In this document: positions 29,260 through 42,840 of the stretch, in pieces
Layout: every line of letters begins with the position of its first letter
How positions within the stretch are numbered: the first letter of the stretch is position 1
Assembly: GCA_012295275.1 (NCBI GenBank)
Contig: CM022665.1
Coordinates: 3,162,001 to 3,226,000, forward strand
Length of the DNA: 64,000 nt
From: Chrysomallon squamiferum
Lineage: Eukaryota; Animalia; Mollusca
Reading direction: 5' to 3'
Program-made: the position numbers and the translations under genes
The notes under the pieces: model-generated
What the model saw: only the letters and a program-made list of their open reading frames with translations
Databases searched by the model: none
What the model was told of the DNA's origin: nothing

Positions 29260-29445
29260 TGAACTTTATTATAAATCACTAGACACTTTTACTTTATTTT
29301 AAATCACTATAAACTTACTTTATTATAAATCACTATACATATTTACTTTATTATAAATCACTATACACTATTATTTTATTATAAATCACTATACACTTTC
29401 AGTTTATTATAAATCACTATATACCTTTACTTTATTATAGATTAT
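29260..29445 (+). repeat. ~28-bp minisatellite, about 6.5 copies
   Basis: TATTATAAATCACTA core or variant at ~29267, 29296, 29321, 29349, 29377 and 29405, partial at ~29433. Confidence 0.92.
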
Positions 29446-32098
29446 CAAACTGACTTTTATCACTAACTAGTTGACACATATGCTTCTGAATAAATAAAAA
29501 AAAAGTAAAAAGATAAAAATGAAAGAATAAATGGTAAGAGGTATTTTAAATTAGAAAACAAACAGTAAAGAGACACACAGTTTTTTAGGTTTATTAAAGA
29601 GCTAATAAAAGAGAGAGAATGAAAAATGAGTAATTGTATTATATTAAATTTTGTATTATCTGATAAGAAAACAACAGCTGAAATAAATAAACATGGGCTT
29701 TCATTAATTTTGCCATCAACAAACACTAAGACAATCAGTTTTTACACAAGCCTACTTCAAACTAAGACAAAACTGTGATCTTACTGCAAGAAGAGTTCAA
29801 AACACTTGAGCTGACCAATGTCAGGTCTTGACATTAGTCTTCTGGTCAAACTGACCCTCAGGCCAGTCTTATCAGATTGATAAGCACCAGGTAATCAAGA
29901 TGTTATCTGTTGCTGGCATATGTTAAAGTGTTGAGTTCCTATGTTTTAATTTTAATGTAAACTCAAGCTGGGTCATTCTAGTTTAGTACCATATCATTAA
30001 CAGTCAGATCTGTACATACACAGGTATATCATGTTTGAGATAATCGAAGTTACCATGTAAACACGTATTACTGTCACACAGGAACAAAGATTTCACAAAC
30101 TAGAGACTCCAAGTCCACTTTCCTCTGTTAGAATTATCTGTTCTTTGTTAGAGTTATCAGTTTTGAAATAACACTGGTTATTCAGTGTTACAGAACTGTA
30201 GTTGTGCAGTATTGCAACAGCTAATTATATCCATATCAATATAGATATGTACACATATACATGCACACAGGCAAACACATTCACATACATACACACACAC
30301 ACACAAATATACAAACAACACATATATGCTCAGGCAAATAAAGTATTTTCAGATATATATATCCATAAGACACATTATAAAATGAAGACTTTATGGATTT
30401 GCTAAAAATAAATAATTATCAAATAGGGTGTGTGTGTGAATATGAGTGTGTGTGTTTCATGCTTTCTTCTGTTTCTTGTATTATTGCTTAATTTTAGTGA
30501 ATATTATTTCTAATATAAGGTTATCCAAGAAACTGACAACAAAATGTTATAATTATGTAATGTATTCTAATTAATTTAATTAATTTACATAATTTAAGAA
30601 AATGTGATAGATCTTCTGAATAGTTAGTCTACACAGTATATATATATATATATATAAAATAATTCAAGAAAAAAATTTATGATTGGAAATAAGTAAATTA
30701 TTGATTACTGCAATCAAATTATCATTAACTATTAATTTGTACAGATTAGCTTCAGACTGAAATTAATTTAAAAGTGGTCTGCCAAGAACTGGGTGTGTCC
30801 GTGTTCTTAATGCTGCTCACAAACAAAGAGAACAAAGACTTATCTTAATTACCAGAAACAAAAATAAATCAGCAATTCAAACATGAAACTAAAATAAAAA
30901 GTGTTTTTCTTTCTTTCTTCTTTTTTTTTAAAAAAAAAGAGAGAAAAAAAGCAATGACCATTTTAAAACAAAGAAAAACAAGGAGGAGGTGCCGCGAATG
31001 GCAATTTTCACCATTTTGACCTTTTTACTGACATTTAACACCTTAACATTGGTGCTGAACTAACCAGCTCTTTAAACAAGATAGCAACATTTAGGAAAGT
31101 GATGAGGGTAAAAACACAACATGAAAAACACAGACATTGTCAGTCCTGTCTGTTTTCATGCTAAAGGACATTTTTGTTCTCTGCTGGGGAAACAACATTG
31201 TGAAATACAGATGTCCTGGTAACAGAGACTGCATTTTCACAAACAAGAAGTTATTTATTATATTATATAAACTGTAGCTGACTTTGAATTCATATCACAT
31301 AGTATCTGTATTCACACAAACACACACACACATACACACACACACACACAGACATATATGTGTATTTAATGTTTATTTTTATAAATCTGTAACATATCTA
31401 AAATGTTTTAAAAAACAAAAAACAGAAACTTCAACCAACTCCATGCATACAATCTGTTATCAGTTATTTAACACAATCTATATAATATATATTTATTTTC
31501 TTTATTTCCTTCCAGCTTTCCCTGTCTAGTCCTCTCTGAGTGTTTTCAATTATTGCAGATACACTGAGACCAAAGTCAGAACTTAAATCCTGTACTGGGA
31601 CTGCACATCTTGATCTGATTCTCATGTTAGTGAAATTTTATACATAATGTCAAACAAGTGTACCCAGTAGCATCTTCAGAAATGTCAACAGATCACAGTT
31701 TCATAATAACCTGTCTTTTTTTTTTTTCAGTTGTTAAATTTTCATTTATTAAACTTTTCATTTATTACAATTCATGTGCTACTGTTTTCAAACATAATTA
31801 ATTTGAACAAAAGTGTATGAATATTAGTTTTTTTTAAATATTCATGTTTTTGGGGGGGAATTTTGCGGGGTTTTTTCCCAGTGTTCTCAGAGTATGTCAA
31901 TGTGAACAAAAAAAAATCTTTGTTTAAAATGTTCTAGATTACCTTCTAACCATTTCTTTAGACAGTCAAAAATGTCTTCATGCATTCCAGTCTAGGCTCT
32001 TCTGCCCTAACTTAATTTTCTGTTAGAACTTTCTTTGTCTCTCTCATTTCAGCCAGACACCAAAAACATCTGTCTTTTTTCTTCTTTTTTTTAAATCA

Positions 32099-32131
<33 letters not shown>

Positions 32132-32467
32132 CCATTTAAACCCATATGCAAGTCAGAAGAACCATGAGTTAAACAAAAATATATGCACTTTGTCATGAAA
32201 AAAATGATAACTTGAAAATGAAAGACAAGAAGAAAAAAAAGATTTCTACAAGTAAATTATAATGAAATAAAAAAAAAAGAAATAATAATCTTTTAATGTA
32301 CAGTTCAGTGTGTAACTACTCCACTGCTGAATCAATAATTAGAAATTATTATCAAATGCAAGTCAGTATTGATTATATATCATGATATTTCAGTTTTAAA
32401 ATTCCATTTTAAAGGATGGTACATCTAAATATAAACTGTTTTTGTTTTAATGTTTTATATCTTTATA

Positions 32468-32504
<37 letters not shown>

Positions 32505-33112
32505 CAGGAACAATAAAATAAATGAGAATAATTTTCAAAAAATGTAAAATAACTGATGAACAGTTTGTCATTATTTTCTAGTTATGAGTCAGGTGAGCAA
32601 ACATAAAAAAATGCAGACAAATAAACAAGTAATAAAAATACAAACATTTTAATGTCGTTACAAAATTAATAACAACACATCAAGTCAATGTGTTGTAATA
32701 ATTAAATATCAAATTTCATGTTTTTGTTTGTTTTTGGGGGGTTTGTTGTTGTTGTTGTTTTTTTTAATATGAAGAATGAATTATTCAGTTATTAATGCTT
32801 ATTATCTTAAATTAATTAGTGTTTTTTTTTTTTTTTTAATTTATTATTATTATTTTTTTAATGTAAAAGTGCTACAGTTATAAATAATTGTTACATATAA
32901 TTCTCATATTTTAGGCTAATTAGGAATAAATGCATGTTCATTCATTTTAATACATTTTATGGACTTCATTTTCAGAGTTGTCAAACCAATGATGATACTC
33001 AACTGTCACGACATGCATTATAATACATATACAAACACAATAACTATTTCCAGTGCACTCGTATTTGTAAAATGAGATTGTCTTAATTATTTTCATATTT
33101 TGTTTTATATAG

Positions 33113-33247
33113 AACAGGAGTGACTGCCTCTGCACTGATGTTAAATGATATACCTGACATGAAGACAATTTTGGACTGATGGATGAACAGATAATTGAGG
33201 CAGTGAAAGACATGAATGCACGAGTCACTGGTGAAGAAATAAACAAG
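33113..33247 (+). other. Candidate exon or pseudoexon with coding-like composition
   Basis: Acceptor tttcatattttgttttatatAG and donor AAG|GTATGA. Reads TGVTASALMLNDIPDMKTI.. and then, after a 1-nt frame change, ..GLMDEQIIEAVKDMNARVTGEEINK. Family not recognised. Confidence 0.35.
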
Positions 33248-33440
33248 GTATGACAGGACATAAAATACTAGCTTTTGTTTTAATAGTTTACTGTTAGGAA
33301 AAACTGATATCAGATAATGATAATAATAATATTAATAACAATAATGTGATTTCAATAATAATTAATAATAATAGAACAAAATAATCATGTTTTTATTATT
33401 ATGTGTGTATGTATCTGTATGAATCATCTCATTTTGATTA

Positions 33441-33442
<2 letters not shown>

Positions 33443-33497
<55 letters not shown>
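33443..33497. repeat. (AAT)n microsatellite
   Basis: Direct reading. Similar runs occur at 37859-37907, 41373-41410 (ATT), 54790-54855 (ATT) and 63935-64000 (ATT/GTT). Confidence 0.97.
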
Positions 33498-33501
<4 letters not shown>

Positions 33502-36419
33502 TTATCTCATAACAAAGAAATAAAGTTTTATGACATTTTATAAACAAAGTCACAAATATGTAAATTATCAACTTCTTTAATAACTGCATGTGTTAAAACT
33601 ACACACGAGATAAATAAATTCTACACTTTTACTTCACAGATAATTATGTTATTAACGTTCATACAAAACAATCTGCCTATCCACCAATCCCATGAACATT
33701 AAAAAAAAAAAACAAAAAAAAAAAAAAAAAAAAAAAAAACAGTAAATAAATTTAAAATACATTTTAGCAATGGATTAATAACTATACCTGATAAACAGTG
33801 TGTATCGTCAGATACAGGTAAATCCATACATGACAAAGGTAAACTTGTGCTACCTTTGTGAGATTCAATTACTACAGTAAGTAAAATACCTGTTATTATG
33901 AGTTTTATTTGGAGCTGATGTCATGAGGTTGACTAAATATAAACCTTATTCAAGAATTACTGAGTAATGTAAACCCCCACTCAGAGAAAACACCAGGTGA
34001 TAGATAATACAGATGCTACTCATAAAATTTGATAATAAAAACTTGCAAGACTGACATTTATATATATATATATATATTAGTAAAATATATACTGAAATTT
34101 CTTAATAATTGTCACAAACCTTTCTTTGTTGTACCATTAATCATTAAAATGTGTAAGAGTTATGGGTCTTTCAAAAAATATTTAATTACTTTATTTGGGT
34201 TTACTTGTTATTTTTAAAAGTGAGAGTAATGAAATTATGGTGTCAGAGTGTTAGAAAACACTGCTGTATATAACAATATCTTGTCTGTAATGGGTGTAAC
34301 AAATGTTATTGATATCTCTGAGTTATCACAACAGATTCAGTTTGATCCTCATACAACAGTTTCCAGCATGTAGTAACATGGAAGATTTTCTTCTATTTAT
34401 CACATCTGTTTTACATGTAACATGAATTAATTTATCATGAATCCCTGTCAGAGAACACAAACCTTTACTGAATAAAAGCATATGTTGAGAAACTGCAATT
34501 TTAGTTTTTTTTTTTTTTTTTTTTTGTCTGTTTCTGTAGTAACAGAACTGACAGCCATTGTTATGTAATTTATAGCCAGTGTTCTGTTGGTTTTGCAATT
34601 GAGGCTCATTCTTGCATCTGTCACAGGTAAATAAGCAATAATTGTGAGCAGATGGTGCAATTCAAACAGTGGCTATCACACACTAAATTTTAAAACAAAG
34701 TATTTATGATATGAGTTACCTCCCTCCATAACAACACGCTGTTTCATAATCTTATAAAGACCGTTTATAAATTGAAACATTTATATAAAATTACTAGGAT
34801 GTCAGATTTAACTGTTATGAAGCAGTTTTGCCCACAACAAGCATGCTTGGTCAAGTTCTTTGATGACAGCAGTGTTAACAATTACTGGTGGACTTTGTGG
34901 TGTAATGTTTAGAATTGTGCACTTGAAACACCAGAGGTTTTTGACTTCATGGCAAAACCAAATCAAATTATTTATAAGTCTGAATTTCTCACAGGATAAT
35001 GTCAGATATAAAATACCAAATTCTGATCCTAAATATTTATGAATTTCAACTATCTTCATGCATATTTGAATTAAAAATGCAGCTAAATTATTAATATATC
35101 AGAAAATATCATCAGCATTCCACAGAGCTATCAGAAATGAAATATCAAATTGAAATATCATATTACTGTATTGATAATCAAAATATTTAAAAGAAATATT
35201 TTAGCACTTTTAAAAATTTTTTACCATCTAGATGAATTAGTTTTACAAATGGAATACTAGTAGTAATAGAAGTAGTGGTAGTAGTAGTAGATGTAGGAAT
35301 AATAGATATATTAATAGTAATTGTTGTAATTATAGTAGCAATAACTATAAAAGTAGTAGTAATAATAATATTAGTAATTGTTGTCATTATAGTAGCAGCA
35401 ATAGTAACAGTAGTAGAAGTGTAATAATAGTAATTGTTGTTTTTGTAGTAGCAATAATAGTAATAGTAGAAGTACAATAACAATTGTATTTATTTTAGTA
35501 ACAGTAATAGTAATATCTGTAGTAATATTAGTTGAATTTGAATTTCTAAAAATGAGACATGTTTTGATACTTTGAAATAACTAACGAGTCTGATGTATTT
35601 TTTACAAATAGTTGAACAGTTTCTTTACTTTCTGAACAATAAAATTACTGTGTATTAAAAACTGACATAGCTTTCAATGAAATAAAACATATATACATAT
35701 ATATAATTTAATTTTTTTATTTAAACAAGAATTATATCTACAACTACACTAATGTCATTCATATTCTCCTTTTTCCTGGCTGAAGTTTCTTATAAATGGA
35801 TTATATCGAACGACAATTTGTCTTATAAATATAAATACAAATTTATTGTCAGAACATATGATGAATTATTAGTTTTAGCCACGTTGGTGAATAGTACTAA
35901 TCTGTGCTGTGACTACCACTAATACTACACTGACTGTGACAGACCTCCCCTGATGCTGCCCCTCACACGATAGTAATCTTTTTTACTGCATTATGATTCC
36001 CATTAATTGTGTGTGCTTATAAAAACTACATTATGACTGTTTTCACTCAATAACTATTGATTTTGTATTAGCTTGAGAAAAATGGCCCGTTTCAGAAAAA
36101 CATGCTTTAAGCTGGTTTGTGAAAAGCTCTTTAGGACACGAGAACACAAAAGCCATTAAAGCCATCATTTCTCTATTTGAAGGTGTTAAGCAGGTCACAA
36201 GGTACCACATTTAGCTATCAGATGAACACAAGGTCATAATTTATATTTATTTATTTGTAACAGAAACACATTCTCCAAAATTACACTTAAGTTAAAAACT
36301 GATTTCTTTTTTCAGTTCATGTAGCAAATCGCAGTCTCGCACCTTTACATGTGTCTACGAATATTTTAATTTTCAACGTATATTATACCTACATATAAAC
36401 ATACATATAAATACATATT

Positions 36420-36458
<39 letters not shown>

Positions 36459-37857
36459 TACATATACATATAATAATCTCTACATACTTACATAAAGATA
36501 TACAAGTGTACACACACACACACATACACACACATATATGTATGTATGTATGTATATATATATATATATACATGTGCACTCACACACACACATCATCATA
36601 TCATCATCATCATCATCATCATGAGACATCTCTCTTCATGTATTCTGACAGCAGTGTGAGAGTGTCATGTCAAATCATCAGGTGTGAATAAGGAAAGAGA
36701 GTAAATCTAATTATTTAAACACAAAGAAACAGATGCTTTTGGTCACACATTTATATCTCCATTATGTCTAGCCTTCTCATGACCTCAGCTACCTCCTTTG
36801 TCACTTTTCAAAATCACTGTCCACTTCTTATTTATTTAATAAAACATTGTGACAATACAACTTAAAGTATACTGCTAAATTTTGTATAAAAAAATAAATA
36901 GAAAAAACCCCCCAAAACTATAGCTTTCATAAAATGTTAGCCTAAGTGAATATTACATCAATTTAACTTTTTGTTTTTTGGGGGGTTTTTGTTTTCTAAT
37001 GAGGTCTATAAATACATCTTTAGTAAAAATGCTAGTTTGAAAATGTTGTTATCTGGTGAAAAATATTATAAAATGAAAAATCTTTGTTACTATTTATCAT
37101 TTTTCTTAATGGTAGTAAACCGATTTAGTTAATTATTTTATTATACTGATAACATACACACACATACTCACAATTTTTTTTTTTTTGTCTCTTATCATAA
37201 ATCAGATTAGTTACAATTAAAATGCAGTAAAAGGAATTAATATGACCAAATTTTACATTAAATAATAAGGTGAAATAGTTTGGGTTCTATTTTCAGTGCA
37301 TTATTTTTACTTCAGTCTCCAGTTATGAGCAAAGTTTAGCCACACTTTCGAGATATTTAATTATTTCTCACAGGTAAACAATATACTTGTACCTGTGTGT
37401 TTATATTCAGGTGACACTTTCTCACCTTCTAATGAGAAATTTAATTCTCACCAACACTTACCTGTTAATATGCTATCTACATATTTTCCTATTTTTCCAT
37501 TAACAAACATCTCACCTTTTACAATAAACACCATATCAGAAAAATAAAAAAAGACATCATTTTATTTTGATGGATATACAATATTACTACATTATCTTGC
37601 TGTCTACAAACATCCTCTTATTAAGCTTTTATTATTCAAGGTTGCTTATAATTCAAGGAGAGATTCATTTCTTGAGAATAGACAAGATGCTAACATTGTG
37701 ATGGACATAATTATCTAGACGATATGAAGAAAAATACACCAGTTGACTGAAAAATAAGGAGAACACACACCTTGGAATTACTTCCATAGAAAATTTCAAA
37801 CTATCATGTTGATGACAACTTATGCCCATACACAAAATAATAATATTAATAATGATG

Positions 37858-37907
<50 letters not shown>

Positions 37908-39091
37908 TATAATTAAAAAAAAAAATCATAAAAATATAAATAATAATAATAATATTAACAATAACAAAAATAAAATAAAATAATGATGATAATAAAAAGT
38001 ATCTAATATAAAAAAAAATGAATTGCTTTTCAAAAATATTTATATATTATTGTTATTATTATTTCTGTTGTTGCTATTATCACTGTACATGGATGTTATT
38101 ATCATTATCACTATTATTAGTGGTAGTATTCCTCATTGTTTTTACTGATATTTTTGTACACTACAGAGGTTGGTAAAAGAAATTATTGTCAGTACTGCAG
38201 TGTTTGTCATCTGCTGTTATTTGCTGTGAGAAGAACACATGTTAATCAGCAGATAAAAAAATGATTCCTTTGTATCACAGCACACCATCTACAGATTTAT
38301 AAAAAAAAAAAATATAATAAAAAAAAATAAATAAAAAAAAAAAAAAAAAAAAAAATAAAAATAAAATAAAAACTAATAATAATATAATGAAAAAAAAAAA
38401 AGAAGAAAATTATAGAGTAATATAAAAATACATATAGATATACATATACACACACACACACATACACTTATATATAGTTTATTTTCTATGAAATTAAAAA
38501 ATTAATAAAGTTTTAAAAATTAATAATAAATCAATATAATAGTAGTAGTAGCAGGAGTAATAATAACAAAAATAACATAATAATAAAATAAACTGATTTA
38601 AAAAACATTTTTTTTTTTTTTTTAAATTATGGTATTCAAAATGAAAAACAGAAATGGCAGTATTTATTACAAATCCAGTGTCAACAAGGGGTCACATTAC
38701 ACAATTATAAAAAAGAATAAAGAAAATGATATTTACACAAAGTAAAAATCAACATGCAGAGAGTGCAGCCCTTTGTGTGGTTTCAGTCAACTGTTTTGTG
38801 TCACAGAAAAAATCTTTATCACTGAACCTGTCTTCTCTTTCTTGTTAATGTTCAGATCTCGATTTCTGCATAATTATTTCTTCATATGAGGTGGTAAAGA
38901 CGAGTTTATTTTTTTTATTTATGTTAAACAGTATCTTTGTCTCAGTAACAATATTTAATGGACATTTCTAGAAATAATACACGGCCTAACAATAGCAATT
39001 ATTTTAAAAATTAGATTAATGATATTACAGGAATGAGATTATAAGGATTTGGCAAGACTGTTTTATCAGTTTTATTTTATTTTATTTTTTT

Positions 39092-39122
<31 letters not shown>

Positions 39123-39432
39123 GTGGGGTCAGCCTGTTTTAGTAATTCATGGTTACACTACTGGCCTTGTGAATGTTAGCTACTAGGATGAAATCTAGAA
39201 CTTACTCAGATCTCTGCGACTATTCCTCCAGTGCAGATTCAGGCAGAAAATTCCTAGATTGTGTGCCCAAAGCAATACACATGTAGCTGAACCATCCATA
39301 TAAAAATACATACATGTTTTAAATGGCAGAATAACTGATTATATTGAGTTATATATATCTTATGATATAATTCTTTTATATAGTAGTTTTATGAATAAAG
39401 TATAACTGAATTTTCAAATAACAATAATTTAA

Positions 39433-39472
<40 letters not shown>

Positions 39473-40578
39473 CCTACTTTATTAATATATTTTCTAGGCT
39501 TGCAACTGAACTTAAAATACAATATTGAAACAATAATTGTTAAATAAAATCACTGATAAATTAAATTGTTAAATAAATATTAGTTTATTTTTTTTACTAT
39601 TCTGTCAAATACTGTCAAGTTGAACACTTTCCGTTTGTTTTCCACAAACCTGGCCACAAATTGAAAAGTATAAACATTTCTGTTTATCAACATATTAAAG
39701 AATTAGAAGGAAAAAAAAAAAAAGTGTTTTGTGATGACCTAACACCTCATTCTTGGTAGTTAACCGCCAGGACAAGATCCTAGAAGCTAGCAGTTTTGTG
39801 GCTGACAGCTTAACCTTTACACAGACATTTTGCTTTTATCCGAATACATTACATGATGTCAATAATAAAGTATTTCTTTTATTAGCAAAGGATTAGTTAG
39901 AATTACATGTATCTTTTAATCTTAATTACAGCTAATGATTATTTAATGAGTGTGAGGGTCATTAAATAAATATTCCTATTCATTTCACACAGGAAAAATA
40001 GGAAGAAATATAAAAAAAAAAGGACAAAAATCAATATATTGGTTTTCTTTTTGACATTACTAGCCATAAATCAAATTTGTTATAAAGATAATAGTACAGA
40101 GGCTGTAACCTGTTTTAGAACTACAACCCAAATTACCATTCTAGAGGCTGTATAATCAAATCTGTGTATTTTGTCATGTTCTGATTTATTGAGTTTAAGA
40201 TAAGAAAAAAAGTAAAAAGAAGAATAAATAAAAAAAAAAAGAAAAAAAAAAGAAGAATATATAGGAATAAAAGAAATAAAAAATGAGAAAAAAAACCCCA
40301 CAAAAAAAAAACCCACAATAAACATGCAGTAATAAAATATGGACTGAAAAATAGAGAAATTAATTGCACAAGCTATCAATCTATCAATTACACACACACA
40401 TACAAAAAGAAAAAAGAAAAAAAAAAGAAGAAAAAATCCCACTTGAGTGTTTAGGAATTATTGACCAATTACCATTGAGATATTGATTTTCTGAGGGGGA
40501 CAAAAACATCACAAGGGCAGGTGTTTTTTTTTTTTTAAAACCAGCTTACATTTTGAACCCTACGTTTTTTTTTCTCAC

Positions 40579-40652
40579 CGGTGAAGTGAACTGGCACGAG
40601 AGACAGGAAGCCCGAAGGACAAAAGAGTTCTCATAATGATGTAGGTCACTCT
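40579..40652 (-). other. Candidate 74-nt minus-strand exon
   Basis: Minus-strand acceptor catttctgcAG and donor CCG|GTGAGA. Two frames are open. No homology recognised. Confidence 0.18.
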
Positions 40653-41371
40653 CTGCAGAAATGTCATCATGGATGAAAGATGAAGAAGGTTGTTTATGCA
40701 AGAATTAATATTTCCTGACACTGCAGTTCCCTGCAGAGCTAATTCACATTCATCACTAAATAGTTAGGAAATGAACTTCTAAAGTTCGGTTTTTTTAAAA
40801 GAAAAAATAATGAATTCCTTCTAATTGCATAAAAGAAGAAAACAAAAAAAAAGAAAATAGTCTGAAATTTGGATACACTTGATTTCATTTAGAAGTTATT
40901 ATTAAAATGTATTCTTTTTAAAAAAAAATGTTAAGTTTAATTTCATTTGCTTGAAAGGTTTTAAAAAGAATATTTTCCAAATCGATTTTGGAGGTTTGTG
41001 TTTAAACCTAAATGAGGAATCCAACATGGTTCCTCTTTCTGTGTAAGAACAAGCAGACAACTGAAATTAGAAAATTACATACATTAACAACCTCATATTA
41101 CACAGTTTCTAAATATTATTATTATTTAATGAGTCTGATTGTTTTTACATTAGCAATATAAATGTTTCTCAGCCAGGTGATTTTTTTTTTTCTTTAAATC
41201 TATTTTCCATTTACAGATGAGAAGTCTTATATTCTTAATATATAATTATTTTTAGAAAACATTTTTACTGATATATTTAAGTGCAAAGCCCAGATATTTC
41301 ACTACTTCTCCAGTATGTAGCCAAACACCAGTTTAATTACAATATTTTATTTTGTTTTGTTACATTAATGA

Positions 41372-41411
<40 letters not shown>

Positions 41412-42167
41412 TTTTTTTTTTTTTTTTAAAAAAAAGGAAAGTATTAACAACAAAAACAACAATGATAATGACGGTGATAATGATGATGATGATAATAATA
41501 ACAGTAAAAACATTACTACCACTACTACTACTACTAACAACACAACAAGAAAACAAAAATTAATAATAATAATAACAGAAACCTGTGATAATGAAGAATT
41601 TCATTAGCATCAAAGCAATTCGTTATGAATGTACACAAATACACAAAATTGAATCTGTCAAGACAAAGGTTCACTAAACACCAAGTTTAACTTTTAAATA
41701 GCTCTAATAATTATAACTATAAAGAAACCTGTCTGCCCAATGATGAAATTCTATATGTGGTCAGACGATTTTTTTTTCTTTTAGATGTTATCTTTTTTTA
41801 AGCCTTATTAATTTCTAACTGACAAGCTGGAGAGCGGAAAAAAATGGGCAGATAATCCAGCCATGTATCTGATCAATTCATCATCTAAAAGCAATTGGTA
41901 AAACTTGTGATTAATGTCCATGTGTTGATGGGTAGGCTGAACAAACAAACTAGAGAAATCTGATAAACACAAAGAATATCTCTGACACTCGGAAAGTCGG
42001 CTTATACAGTTATATTTTTCAAAAGTTTTTATCTAATCATTTTTTTTTTGTCTTTGTTTTAGAATTGTTTGAAAAGAAAATAAAAGTTTAATAACTTGAG
42101 ATAATTTCTGTACTTCGGCTTGAATCAAGTGTATTTATCTGTATCAAAGACTGTTTTTTCTATTTTG

Positions 42168-42211
<44 letters not shown>

Positions 42212-42380
42212 TTGTTATGTTCTTGTTTTCACTGTTTTTGCTTTTGCAAAGTATTTCAGAAGAAAATAAAAGACACCATATTAAATCTCATTACTATATC
42301 ATTGGAAAAATGGTCTTTAATTTATTTTTTGCTAAAAGAATAAAATGTATTTAAATTCACTATTTTCATAATAGTAACAC

Positions 42381-42431
<51 letters not shown>

Positions 42432-42502
42432 TTGTTTTTAAAAATAATAGATTCTAAAATACTATGTTTTTGTTGTTGTTATTATAATAATAATAATAAT
42501 AA

Positions 42503-42539
<37 letters not shown>

Positions 42540-42786
42540 AAAACTGGAGAAAAAATTCATTTAAAAAATGTCTGCAGTATGATATATTGAATCAAATTAA
42601 TTATGTCATAATCATTATTTTTCATTAACTATTTAATCTTTATATCACAAATGTTTCCCAGAAGCTGCAGAATAAAATAAATGAATTTATCAAAACCCTT
42701 TCCTGAACAAAAACACAAAATGTCCACTCCTCTTCTAAACAACAAGATAGAGGAAGAAAAATCTTTCTACAAAGAAAAAATACGTC

Positions 42787-42840
<54 letters not shown>

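Noticed and set aside
31120-31160. 14-bp bulged hairpin CATGAAAA..CAGACA / TGTCTG..TTTTCATG
   Set aside because: Too short and AT-rich for a pre-miRNA, and plausible by chance in 64 kb.
34100-34263. Second hAT-Charlie-like remnant (right end TTAGAAAACACTG)
   Set aside because: The left TIR and TSD are not convincingly identifiable.
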